Below are positions 43,351 through 56,290 of a stretch of 64,000 nt of DNA, one piece after another. Position 1 is the first letter of the stretch. Each line of letters begins with the position of its first letter. This DNA is from Eledone cirrhosa (lineage: Eukaryota), in contig OZ024747.1 in assembly GCA_964016885.1 (NCBI GenBank), positions 20,708,001 through 20,772,000 of the forward strand, read 5' to 3'. The translations under genes were made by a program, and so were the position numbers. The notes under the pieces are model-generated. The model worked only from the letters and a program-made list of their open reading frames with translations. It did no database searches and had not been told where the DNA came from.

Positions 43351-44238
43351 CGAGGTGTGTCAGAAAAGTTCCAGGACTGATGTCACAAAAGATGTATTTC
43401 AAACTCAAACTTCACACTAAGAGTTTTCTCCTTCAAAGTAATCCCCCTGGAGTCTAATGCACTTTTACATCCTTTTCTGCCACGCTTGCATGCACTCCTG
43501 GAAAGATTCTTCCGGGATCATCCGCGCAGTTCCGTCGTCACAGCCTTTTTGATGTCGTCCACATCTTCAAAACGGGTCCCCTCCGGGTCGTACTCGAAGA
43601 TCCATGACTCATCACCGGTGATGACTGTCCCTAGCAAGTCTGGTTCGGTTTCAAGACGCTCGAGGATGTCCTGGCACACTTGCATGCTTCGACCCTCCTG
43701 GTTATCGTTCAGCAGTTTTGACACCATCTTCGCACAGACTTTCCGCATGTCCAAATCTTCAGTGAGAATCTTCCAGACGCTGTCCCGATTCATGCCCAGC
43801 TCATTTGCCATTAGTCGAACAGTCAGCCGACGATCGCTACGCGCCATCTGCCTGGCGCGCTCAACGTTGACCTCAGTCCTTGTTATTGAGGGCCTTCCGC
43901 TCCTGAGGTCATCTTGCACCACTCAAAAACACGTGAGCGTGACATCGTCTCATCTCCATACACTTGCTGAAGCAATCCCAGTGCTTCTGGCGGAGTTTTC
44001 CCCAACCGTACCAGAAACTTCAAGTTTGTTTGTTGCTCTGTGCTCATTGCTTGACGACCTGAAACAGAGGACATGTATATAAAATTATGAAGAAAAAAGT
44101 TTGATCGCTGCACAGAGCTAAGATTACAATTACATACTCCAGGGGGATTACTTTGAAGGAGAAAACTGCTAGTGTGAAGTCTGGGTTTGAAATAAATCTT
44201 TTGTGACATCAGTCAAGGAACTTTTCTGACACACCTCG
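43351..44238 (-). mobile_element. Internally deleted mariner with ~100-bp inverted termini
   Basis: TA|CGAGGTGTGTCAGAAAAGTTCC ... GGAACTTTTCTGACACACCTCG|TA; DDLRSGRP, RKVCAKMV, ITGDESWIFEYDPE fused directly to GTRFEDVDDIK. Confidence 0.92.
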
Positions 44239-44244
44239 TATTTA

Positions 44245-44460
44245 TATAAGCAAGGAGATATTTAATTTGTTGGTAATTCAACAAATTTATTTATAACAGA
44301 TTCGAAGCACTCAACAAGTTACCTGGAGTATAATATCAATGATATTAATAAATAGAAACTATATTTATTAACCATATTTATTTTATTATATATATTTCAA
44401 GGATACCAAAAACTTTGGTACTCTCTCATCAGATAAAATACAAAATGTGTTTTATAAATA
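44245..44460 (-). mobile_element. PLE terminal fragment with intact-core hammerhead (44379-44440, - strand)
   Basis: TATTTTAT-CTGATGA-GAGAGTACCAAA..TTTGGTATCCTT-GAAA-TATATATA-ATAAAATA; homologous to 30810-31040. Confidence 0.75.
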
Positions 44461-44535
44461 GTGACATACCCCAGAAACCAGACCTTATCGGTTCAGGTTC
44501 CGTTTGGATATATACTATATATATATATATATATA

Positions 44536-46190
44536 GCGGCTTGAGCTCTGCCGTAGGGGTCATATATATATGACCCCTACGGAAGAGCTCAAGCCGTTTC
44601 GACGGATATTTCTGGACTAAAGTAAGAGTGTTTTTAGTCTGGTAAATAAATAGCCGAACTTTTGAGGGGTTCTTCCTTATATGGGAAGATTCTAGTGGTC
44701 AAGAGGATTGGTCAAAATTTGTAGCAGACACAGAAAATTCTATTATGGCTGTGGGTGTGGGGTGGGGATGGCTGAACTTGCCTGTAGAACGATAGGGGAG
44801 TGGGTAGAGCCGGTCAAGCGTAGAAGGTGAAATATACACGGCAAATGTGTATGAAAGTAGGAATGCGTATGAAAGTAGGCCAGAGGAGGTTGGCGAAAGA
44901 AGGTTTCTTTAGAAAGTGGTAGAGGGACGTTATAGAAATAGTAAAACAAATGCGATTAGTGGACAATGAAAAAATATAATAAAAAAGAATATAAAAAATG
45001 AAAGAAAGATGTATCAGAATGTAAGATTGGAAAGTGAGAGGTGAAATAAAACTAAGGAGTCATACACAGCTGCTATATTTAGTTGGGGCTGCTATTTCGG
45101 CCAATGCTATAGAATGAGTTGCTAGATGAGAAATATTGAAAAATTTACAATTAAAAATTAATACCACATCTCTGGGGTCTAACACAGCTGCTATGAATAG
45201 TTAGTATAGCGTAATCGGCGAATGCTATCTGTAAGTTACTAGGGTGGGTGTACTGCGGCTAAAGAGGCCCGATGGGCTGCCTCAGGGTAGGGGAAAGAGG
45301 GGGGGACAAAGAAACGAACGAGGAAGAAGTTCGGTGGTGGAAAGAAGTGATAGGAGGAGACAAAGGGAAGATGAAAACATAGAGGAAAAGAAGAGGTACA
45401 CTATATAAGTAGGGGTTTCCCTATCTTATTCGGCAAGTGGGGTTTTTCAGCCCGAGTCTACCCACCCGGATCGTTAGGGGGTTTGAGGGCGAGGTAAGTC
45501 TTACGCAATCTGTTTGCATGCAGTTACAAATTCGTCTTTTTTGTTTAGGAGTTGATCCTTCGTAAACAACGTTTGTAATGTTTCCTCCAGGCATAGGTTA
45601 CACGGACGGCGTCCTCCTGTGTAAGAGTTAGCTCTGGACAGTAAGCTCCAAGTAAGATGGTAAGTTATATTATTATCTTGGAGGTCCCAGATATGGCCTG
45701 AAAGTGTGGTCGCATGTCGCCGGACCGGTTTCGGAACGTATGTCGGTGTTGGTAGAGCCGGGTCTTAAAGTCACAAGCGGTTAATCCTATATAAGCTTTG
45801 TGGAGGTTTCCGTCCTCAGGTTGCACTGGTAGATCACGTTACGTTCTCGGCATTTGTTGTTGAGGGGGCACATAGATTTATCAGGGCAGTTACACCTCCT
45901 GGTCGACTCTCCACTAATTTCTAGGTTGTTTCTTCTATAGGGATTGAGTTTTTTGTTGTTTGAGGAGACGATGTTTTGTGCGAAGTTAGGTGTGGTGCAG
46001 TAGGATAGTTTGATAGTGTTTTTGTTGATTATGTTGTGGTAGCGGTGTTATGGTGGAAAGTGTTTTTCGAGGAGCCTAAAAAAGATTTTCCCGATAGGTG
46101 TTGCCACCTCAGCATTATGGGGAGGATTGAACCACGTTACGTGGCGTGAGCGGCGGCGTCGCCTGGTGGTTCCGCTAAGGGAATACTTAC
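44536..46190 (-). mobile_element. 5'-truncated, frameshifted Penelope-like element (linker + GIY-YIG, 45501-46185) with ~0.9-kb 3' UTR
   Basis: My translation of - strand: HVTWFNPPHNAEVATPIGKIFFRLLEKHFP, CNCPDKSMCPLNNKC, NSYTGGRRPCNLCLEE...LLNKKDEFVTAC; terminus has a degenerate long-stem-II hammerhead and a short fold-back across TA (44536-44596). Confidence 0.85.
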
Positions 46191-46486
46191 ATATATATAT
46201 GGGTGTGTATGTGTAAGTATGCATGTATTGCTTCTTATGCTTTGATTCTTGATCCTAGAGGTGAAAGCTGTTGGCGGTAATTTGGTAGGATATTCCACTG
46301 GAATGGAACAGCCGTATAGATGTACCTAAGACCTATACTTTAGAAAAGGTCCTAAATTTGAAAGACAAAAGAGTGGATGGAAATAGTCGGAAGATATTTA
46401 GCTATTCACCTTATCTCTTTTAATAACTATATGAATTCTCCTTAGCTAGCAGCTAACTCGTGGGTTTATCATTATCCTCCCTGTAT

Positions 46487-46606
46487 GATCTGAGTTCAAA
46501 TCCCGCGAGGTTAACTTTGCCTTTCATCCTTCCGGGGTCGATAGAATAAAGTACCAGTAATGCATTGGGTAATTGCTGCCCTTGAGCCAAAAGTGGAAAC
46601 AAATAT
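46487..46606 (+). mobile_element. Meta/MESC-type SINE, 5'-truncated
   Basis: GAGTTCAAATCCCG..GAGGTTAACTTTGCCTTTCATCCTTCCGGGGTCGATA. Confidence 0.8.
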
Positions 46607-46737
46607 TTAATTTCTACGTGATATTATATTTCGAGATGTAATTGTAAACTTATTCGCGTGATTCTTGTTTGATTTCTTCCTTACTTCGCAAACTTCAATT
46701 TGGTGTGTCAGCAGTGTTAATATTTCTTTTCCTTTTT

Positions 46738-46816
<79 letters not shown>

Positions 46817-46849
46817 CGACCATATATATTTATACATATATATATATGT

Positions 46850-46948
<99 letters not shown>

Positions 46949-46974
46949 TACATATAAGCATATATATATAATAT

Positions 46975-49900
46975 AAGATCAAAAGATGGTTAAAAGAGTT
47001 CCATGTATTTTATTATACGCATTTCAAAAACAAATATCATCATGAGATGACATTTGCGTTTTCGTCAGATAAAATAGGGATACATGATATGAAGTTTAAA
47101 AAGCACTTGTAAATAGTAAAGTTTTAAATCAACATATGAAAAGTAATTTAAGATTGATGTGTGATATTGGGGAAAAAATGAGGGGGGGGGTGGAAAGGAT
47201 GAAAAAGAGGATGAGATGAGAGTAAAGAATGGTGGGGGAGGAGTATAATAAGGAAGGATGAGATAGGAGGAGAGATGGCTGATAGAAAGAGAGAGATAGC
47301 CTTTATAACTGAGAAGAAATATATATTGTTTCACAGAGAGAGGTTAAAAAGCCGTTGGAAGATAATATATAATTTAAAAGAATTTGAAAATTGATGAAGA
47401 GAAAAAAGATTAAGAATAATATTAAATTAAGGTTTAATAATTTGTGCGTTGAAAAGAAATTGTTAATATGTATTATTAAAATAAAAATATTAATGCTATT
47501 AAGGATATAAGGTGAAAAGAAGTAGAAGAGTGGATGAATTATGAATTTAGAGGAATTAGTTAGTGTTTAAGTTTGTTTTTATGTAATGTAATATGTATGC
47601 GTAATATATGTAAATAGTTTGTTTACAAATGAGTAAAGTATTAGATATTAGCTGTATACTTTATGGAATGTTCTGTGGAATTTATGCAAGCAGAGAGAAA
47701 ATAAGTCAGTGCGTCTATTTATTATAGAATCTAAATTAGATATAATGGTAAATTTCTCACATAAACAAAGATTACACGTTCTGGATAGGGAGGCATTCAA
47801 ATAGGGAGAGGCAGAACAAACTTTCCTCCGAGAGATGTTATAGTTAATATTTTTGTCTTTCAAGGACCATATGAGTTCTGAGAGTGCTGTGTTGGTTCTT
47901 TTAAGTTGGTATTTAAAAGAAGAATTGTGATTATAAAAACGAGCTTTGAAGGAGGTGGAAGTGGAGCCGAAATAGGTAAAGGAATTAGTATCGGTTATAA
48001 CTTTACATTCATAGACTAAGTTTTTTTTCAAGACAATGGTTGTTGAGAGGACATTTATTTTTAACAGTGTAATTAAAATTGCGATTAGAGATATTAACAG
48101 AGTTATTAACAAGTGACCTAGTGTTATCTATAGGAGGAATTGGATTGGAGAAGTTATTTACGATAGGAATAATAGTTTCCTGATTTAGATTGGTATTATG
48201 AACATTTGACGAAGTTACGTTTGACGTCGTATTTCGGTTTGCAGAAACTAGCCTAGAGTTAACAATGATGTCGGGAGTACTACTTCTATTATTATGACAT
48301 TCGGTGTTGGAAGGAAGTGATTTAGTATTTAATATTTTATTGTTGTGCTTAGAGATAATGTTGAAGATGTTGGAGGAGGTGGAATAGGAAAATGTTATTG
48401 TATGTTTGTTAAATATTTTACTATAGATATGTGAGGGAGGGAAACATTTGTTTAAGGCACTAAAGAATAATTTAGGAATATTATTATTAATAGAAATAGA
48501 GAAAGAAGCATTATACCAGATTATATTTTTGTATCTAGGTCTTTTATTTAAGTTATTGGAATGATCGTAATTAATTATTTTACTGTAAGATCTTCTAGGA
48601 TTGGTTTCTTTACTGTATTTGATTGTATCAGGATAACCGGCTTTAGAAGGCGCATTATTATAGTATTTGGCGTTAGCATCAAATATATTTTTATTGGATG
48701 ATAGGTTTGATATTCTTTTTCCAATATTACTAACTATAGCATTTTTAATGTTAGTGGGGTGGTTAGATTTAAAATTAACATAATTTAGATTCTCATTGTT
48801 TTTATGGTAAGGGTAATATAGGCCAGTGTCAAGATTAAGTGATATATCCAAGAAGTTAGCTAGTTTGACGTTGTTATCAAATTCAATTTTTAAGTTATGT
48901 TGGTTAAAGAGATCACGTATATTGTTCTTAATAATATTAAGATTAACTATGTTGCAAGTTAAGATACTAAAAATCCATCGTCCCGATGAATTCCACCGCG
49001 AAGTTGAGGAATTTTCCGATTTAAGGAATTCAAAATAAAGATACCAATTAAATCAGTCAATTGCGATGAATCGGATGCACCCATTGTAATATCAAAGTTG
49101 TTAAAGCTCGTTTTTATAATCACAATTCTTCTTTTAAATACCAACTTAAAAGAACCAACACGGCACTCTCAGAACTCATATGGTCCTTGAAAGACAAAAA
49201 TATTAACTATAACATCTCTTGGAGGAAAGTTTGTTCTGCCTCTCCCTATTTGAATGCCTCCCTATCCAGAACGTGTAATCTTTGTTTATGTGAGAAATTT
49301 ACCATTATATCTAATTTAGATTCTATAATAAATAGACGCACTGACTTATTTTCTCTCTGCTTGCATAAATTCCACAGAACATTCCATAAAGTATACAGCT
49401 AATATCTAATACTTTACCAGTTTAAAATCCTTTTTCTCAAAGGCTTATATATATATTTCTTTAAAAATATACCCATCTTTCTACCTTATTTCAATATTAT
49501 TTATTATACATTATATAATACTAGTTACTCATTCTATATCATTCCTATTTATCAATTTCCTTTCTTCCGCTTTTCTTTTAATTTCTAACCTCTAATCTGT
49601 ACTTTTTCTTCCTAAATACTTCTCAATTCTTATTATTACTCACCACAACATATCCACTCTTCCATCTTTCTTCATACCATTGACCATAACATTTTATTAT
49701 TACCTTTTAAATACTTTATAGCATTACCTTTAAAAATCCTTGTAAACAAACATTTTTTGACGTTAGATTATTCCTCCTCAGTTCATTATATTTTTCTCCC
49801 TTTCATACTCGTCTGACTTTTACATATTACATATCACAATACATAAAAACAAACTTAAACCCTAACTAATGTCCTTTATTACATTATACTATTACCATTA

Positions 49901-50700
49901 GAAATTACTTCATAAACATATATATTTTGATGTTAAAGTCTTCTCTTCCTTAAACACTGTTTTCTTCTTTGCTTTCTGCGCTCATTTGTAAACAAACTAT
50001 TTACATATATTACGCATACATATTACATTACATAAAAACAAACTTAAACACTAACTAATTCCTCTAAATTCATAATTCATCCACTCTTCTACTTCTTTTC
50101 ACCTTATATCCTTAATAACATTAATATTTTTATTTTAATAATACATATTAACAATTTCTTTTCTTCGCACATATTATGAAACGCTTCAATATACAAACCA
50201 TAATTTAATATTATTCTTAATTTTTTTTCTCTTCATCAATTTTCAAATTCTATTAAATTATATATTATCTTCCAACGGCTTTTTAACCTCTCTCTGTGAA
50301 ACAATATATATTTCTTCTCAGTTATAAAGGCTATCTCTCTCTTTCTATCAGCCATCTCTCCTCCTATCTCATCCTTCCTTATTATACTCCTCCCCCACCA
50401 TTCTTTACTCTCATCTCCTCCTCTTTTTCATCCTTTCCAATATCACACATCAATCTTAAATTACTTTTCATATGTTGATTTAAAACTTCACTATTCATGT
50501 ATCCCTATTTTATCTGACGAAAACGCAAATGTCATCTCATGATGATATTTGTTTTTGAAATACGCATAATAAAATACATGGAACTCTTTTAACCATTTTT
50601 TTATCTTATATTATTTATACTCCAGTCCTACAAATTGTAGAGTGCTACTTATCCGATATCTGCATTGCTTTATTATACTACAATAAAACTCACTTCCTAC
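46975..50700. mobile_element. Penelope-like (Naiad-like) insertion with inverted architecture: - copy 46975-~49102, + copy ~49103-50700
   Basis: RT FDITMGASD...IHRDDG, thumb, GIY-YIG (LVYEC..YFG..FKARFYNH, CNLCLCEK) on -; same endonuclease end and 3' UTR repeated on +; TA both flanks. Confidence 0.92.
50506..50576 (+). ncRNA. Type-I hammerhead ribozyme in PLE terminal repeat (mirror copy 47006-47076 on -)
   Basis: Stem I TATTTTAT/ATAAAATA, CTGACGA, long stem II CAAATGTCATC/GATGATATTTG, GAAA, T-ACGC-A (GCGC in 5518 copy), ATA triplet. Confidence 0.8.
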
Positions 50701-51917
50701 ATATATATATATATATATATATGGGAGTCGGGGGGGGGGGGGGATTTTGCTTCTTTTTTTTCCATTTTGTTCATCATGTTGTAGGTTTATCAACCCCGAA
50801 GAGAAGAAAGGCCACTCCTCTGTCCACTATGAATTAAATAATTCCCTCACGTGTAATGGAGTCGATAAAATCGGTTGTTACCACCTTTTGTGGCTTTATA
50901 TCACAAATAGAAATCAGTATTACCAAATGTATTATTTAATTCCAAGCGAAGATGTGCGTTGTGATTCTTTCTATAGTTTGTATTAAGTCATGTGTGTATA
51001 ATTCATCTTTTATAATTTTTCAGATTTTTTCTTTTTCCTAGTGTTATGTATAGTACTATTTTTTCGCAGAGATGATTATTCTGATATATTCTATAATCTT
51101 TATATGTGATTTTCAGGACATTAATATATTTAAATCTGTAGTCCAATTTCTATATTTTAATGTGTTTATACTTTGTTTCTTCATATAATTGATTTTATTT
51201 GATTTTTTCTTTTTTCAATTTAGTATTAAAATTTCTATTTGATCAGATATAACCTATAAACTACGCACTAGTAAGGCGTTGTTCTTTTTTTAGCACATCT
51301 ATACCTGATTTCAGTAAATCAATCAAATTTTACTTATCTCACGCCAATGTAATAAATACGATAAATGGTGGAATTTTTTTTCTCAACAAAGTGAATGCGG
51401 TGATGCGTGATAGGTAGGTGTACTATATGTGAGTTTTCACTTTAATCATTATACATAAAATGATTGAAGCTCACTACTGAACTCAGCACATTATACAATG
51501 CCCCGGTTGCTTGTAAAGCACGATTTATAGCGAGAGAGTGAGACAGAGAGAGGGGAGAACAGACAGTTGGCCAGCTAAAGTGGAATATCCTAGACTTGGA
51601 AAACATGCAGAATTGGTGAGTGGATGCAGACCGCAGTTGTTTTTGGCAGATAAGCCAGTGCTGTATCAACTTAGACAGTTCTAACATATTTAATATATAC
51701 GTCATTTAAAACTTAACAGTATATATACAGTATATATGTGTGTAGTTATGAAAAAATGCATTAGCGCATGGCGCTAACTTTGATAGGTTTTCGGCTAGTT
51801 TTGGCCCAGGCCATATCTAACTTAATAGCACCACCAGAATTATTTTAAAATGAAATAATTTAGAGACGCTATCAGCAAGAGAAAACAATAGTTATTTTAG
51901 TGTTATTTTGTTAAATG

Positions 51918-52325
51918 TGGATTGGCATTATCGGTAGAGGGTCGTTGCAGCATAGAGTTACGCCACTTTACGGTCTGAGTTCAAATCTCGCCGAGGTAAA
52001 ATTTGCCTTTCATCCTTACGGGGTCGATAAAATAAAGCACACTGGGGTAATTGCTGGCCTTGTGCTAAAATAAGAAACAATTATTAAATGCATTAAACAC
52101 TAAATAACTAACAAGAAATATATAAGCTGTGAAAAAAAAAAGCAGATAATAATTTTTTTGTGTTTGGAAAATACAGGAGACACGTATATAGATGTTAATT
52201 GTTTCTACTTTTGGCACAAGGCCAGCAAATTACCCAGTACATTACTGGTACTTTATTTTGTCGACCCCGTAAGGATGAAAGGCAAAGTTGACCTCGGCGG
52301 GATTTGAACTCAGATCATAAAGGGA
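51918..52325. mobile_element. Two Meta/MESC-type SINEs tail-to-tail (51918-52085 +, 52197-52325 -)
   Basis: Both align to 3545-3728. Confidence 0.85.
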
Positions 52326-53124
52326 TAAACAACGTATATAGATGCTAATGGGACTACATCAGAGGAGCATAAACTTCTCAGTACTTGCGGAAACAGTAAT
52401 GAAAGATCACAAAGTTAATATACACATTTACTCCTAAGGTTGTCTATTTCATAGAGCGTTGGACATGTTTCTGTATCTCTGTGTTCTGAGTTCAAATCCC
52501 GTACAGTTCCCCTTTTCCTTTCATTCATTTTTAGTCGATAACGAAAGTACCAAACCAGTGCATATACGGCCCTCTTTCCTTCCAACTGTCATATCCTTGG
52601 TGTCATATCCTTGATCAAGTGAGAGCCGGACGAGAAGGTGTCTTTGTGTGCTTGCGACTACATGGGCACCTGAAACGCTTAGTGAACTCATGGTACGTAC
52701 TGCTATGTCATACACGCTTGTCATTGACATCTGTAGCTGAGTTATATTTACCGATGTAGAAAATCTGTTTTGTTTAGAAATATCTCTTGTAAAGATAATC
52801 AACTTTCAGGACTGCTCGTCACTAAGATATCGTAGTCATATTTACATCTAATATATAACTGAATATTTTCAGTTTGAACTAAAAGCATATCTTTATTCCT
52901 TTCGGTTCATGTGAGATTTGCATGTATATATTGACCTGTAACTCCTGGTGAAATCGTAGGGGCGTCGTAGTGACATACAGCGTGTGCTGGTCATTTTAAA
53001 CCTGATGGGGCCAATTACCTCTCCCGATCTAAACATTACCGATTTCTTCCAGAGTATGAAAGTAAGAAAGATAGAGAAGGAGAGAAAGCAAGTGATCGAG
53101 ATAGTATTAGAAAGAGATATAGAG

Positions 53125-53280
53125 GAAAAATCGACTCCAGTACAAGACTGGTACAATTTTATCACCCTCGAAAGGATGAAATGCAAAGTGGATCTTGGCG
53201 GATTTTGAACGTAGAAAATGGGTACGAATACCGGATACATTCTACCCAAGGTTCTAAAAACTCTGCCAATTCGCTGCCCA
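53125..53280 (-). mobile_element. Diverged Meta/MESC-type SINE
   Basis: ATCGACTCCAGTAC...CGAAAGGATGAAATGCAAAGT...GGCGGATTTTGAAC. Confidence 0.65.
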
Positions 53281-53739
53281 TGCATGTTTTAGTCTTTTAA
53301 ATACGACACTAAAGAACAGCACAGTTTATAACGAATAAGAAAAGAATTCAGTCTATGAAAACAATAATGTCTACGTCGGCTTAAATGTAAAGGAAAGAGA
53401 AAAAACGGTTAAGAAAATTCATAAAATAAGATGAATTTGTATTTTAGGAACTTCATTTGCAGTTTATAGTTGAGTAAGTAATGCAATGTTTTCGTAGCGC
53501 TAATACTTTTCCATCCATTAAGGTCTATATTTGGCATCGTATTCCAACGTTAATTGTGCTTCAAAGTAGATAAGTAATTTTTGCTTCCATATTTCGCAGT
53601 TCTCTATGTTATATCCAAAGTCTTCATATCTATTTGCATTCTAGTTTCCATTGTAATGTATTTCTTGTGAGATTTACATGATTTTTTTTTCTAAAATGTC
53701 TGAAGAGATCTTCGTAGACATATACGTTTTCATAACCAA

Positions 53740-56130
53740 CATTCGGCGCATTCTATAGAGGTCTAGTGGAGGGGAAGAGTGACAACGTTCTCGGAGAGAT
53801 CCTGGGCGTCGAAGAAGATCAGCTGTTTGCTCTCTTCCGAAGAACTTTCAGCCCAGGGCCTATGGATAACTTCCAAAAATCCCTGGCCTGGCAGTGCTAC
53901 CGGGGAGCGCTGCCGGTTCGAGATAAGCTCTACAGGCACGGAAGTACCGTCAGCCGAGCCTGTCCGAGATGCTCGCAGAACGACGAAACCGTCGTGCACG
54001 CACCCGTTCAGTGCCCGAGCATTGCTGACTTGTGGAGCTATGTCGAACAGTTGCTGTCGCGTGTAGGACTGATCCGGTTATCAATTGAGTCCATTGTGCA
54101 GATGGTCTCGCCGTCTTCCTTCGATGAGGAAGGGCAGGCGGTTTTCATCTGCCTGGTCGCCATGGCGAAAGAGATTGTGTGGTGGACAAGGTTGAAAGGG
54201 TTAAAGACAGACACTTTCCTCTTCGGTGAATCCATAATTAACTTTTTCAAGTTTCACTTGAAGAGGAAAATCGGGGTGGAGAGGCAAGTGCTGCTTTCTA
54301 GCAAGTTTGTTGAAAGATAGGGTGAATGTAGCGAGAATGGTCCGCTCTGAATATACGTCTGTAGTTTGAGAAATAGAAAAATTGAGAGAGGGCGCTTGCC
54401 CTGGTGGTCAGGGTGGCCGTGGTCTTTTGTGTGGTTTTCGCCACGAGTTACCCTCGGAGGTTTCCCCCCTATTGGGGAATTTTTCATTGTTTCAATTTTC
54501 ATTTTTATTGTTTATATATATATATGTTTCTATGTCTTTTTTTTCTTTTCTTATATAAATAATAAAAAATATTTACACGCACAAAACCCACATCGTACCG
54601 TCCTGTGCCGTCTGTAATGTTTTTCTTGATGTCAGCCCTTGTGGCCAATAAAGAAATCATTATTATTATTATTATCCAGTGTCCGAGCATTGCTGACTTG
54701 TGGGTTTATGTCGAACACCTGCTGTCACGTGTAGGACGGATCCAGCTATCAGCTGAGTCCATCGTGAGGATTGCCCCGCCCTATTCCTTTAGCCGGGAAG
54801 GGCAGGCAGTTTTTATCTGTCTGGTGGCCATGGCGAAAGAGTATGGTGGACACGTTTGAAAGGGCTGAAGACGAGCACTTACCTCTTCGGTGATGCCCTG
54901 ATTAACTTTTTAAAATTTCATTTGAAAAGATAAATCAGGGTAGAGAGGGAAGTGCTCTTATCCCAGCATTTTGTTGAAAGATGGGTGAGAGAAGCAAGTG
55001 TGGCCGGAGTGAATGGGCCTACTCTGAGTGTGTGTCTGTAAATTAAAGGTGGAAAACTGGCAGAGGGCACTTGTCCTGGTGATCAGGGTCACTGTGGTAT
55101 TTTAATGGGCTTTCTCCACAAATGTCCCTTGGAAGTCTCCCCCCTATTGGGGAATTTTTCTTTGTTATTTTATTACATCCTCTGTTTTTTTTACACGCAG
55201 AAATGCCCATTTGTACCGTCCTGTATTGTCCTGTACTGTCCTTAATGTCTACTTTATGTAAACCCTTGTGGTTAATAAAGAAAACATTATTATTATTATT
55301 ATTATTATTGGTCGTTGAAGTGAATGGACGTACTATCGTAAGCTCGAGTAAGTTTGTTATTTCTACGGTTTTAAATACGTTTGTTACTTATATTTTTGCA
55401 TTTATACTGCCTATCTCAGGATAGGAAGTATAAATGTACGTGGCCTGGAGTCGTCTTAGGAGCAGGGTCACCTGCTCAACGATCTCAGTTCGCTAAACAT
55501 AGATGTGGTGGCCATCAGCGTGACCAGGATCTCTGAGGCATAGACATTCGCACTCATTTTCGGCAGCTACGAGGTGTACACATATCCGAGCCGTCCCGGT
55601 GACGCCCTCATTAATTTTTTTCAGTTTTCACCTAAAAAGGAAAATCATGGTGGAGAGGGAAGTGCTGCCTTCCAGCCATTTTGTTGAAAGTTGGGTGAGA
55701 GAGGCAAGAATAGCCCATGTGAATGGGCCTGTCCTGAGCGTGTGCCTATAGTATCGTAGGAGGAAAGCTGGAAGCCTAGAGGCCAGGGTGACTGTGGCAT
55801 TTTTGTGGGACTTTCTCTACGAGTGGCCATCGGAAGTCTACCCACTATTGGGGAATTTTTTCTTGTTTCATTTTTTGTTATATCCTTTGTTTTTGTTTTT
55901 AAATATATAATTTTGTTTTTTGTTATTTTACACGCAGAAATGTCCATTTGTACCGTCCTGTACTGTGCTGCGCTGTCGTTAATGTTATACTTTATGTCAA
56001 CATTTGTCGTTAATAAAGAGAGCATTATTATTATTATTGTTATTATGTTCTTTCATTTATCGACTCGTGTTAGAGATCGCTATCGTAAGTGTTTTGTTAT
56101 TCCGTTGTTAGCCAACGTCTTTTGTTGAAC
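53740..56130 (+). mobile_element. Head-to-tail cluster of Tx1/L1-like LINE remnants separated by (ATT)n
   Basis: zf-RVT-like WQCYRGALPVRDKL...CPRC...ETVVH...CP (53766-54320); three related 3' ends each ending AATAAAGA+(ATT)n; APE N-terminus RIGSINVRGL...DVVAIS at ~55418-55525. Confidence 0.85.
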
Positions 56131-56290
56131 ATTCGATATACCTTAAAAGTTAAACTACCCAGTATCTTCGTACGCTGTTTAGTTTTTCCCTACCTGTAGA
56201 CCATAGGGGCTAGACCTAAGTTTGTTTGCCAAACTCGCCAACAAAATCCTTTCAAAATATGGAGTGCCTTGTAAATCCAATTTCTCTATA

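Noticed and set aside
45501-49144. Selenocysteine recoding in Naiad-like ORFs
   Set aside because: No in-frame TGA seen at the conserved Cys positions I inspected; disruptions are frameshifts or substitutions.
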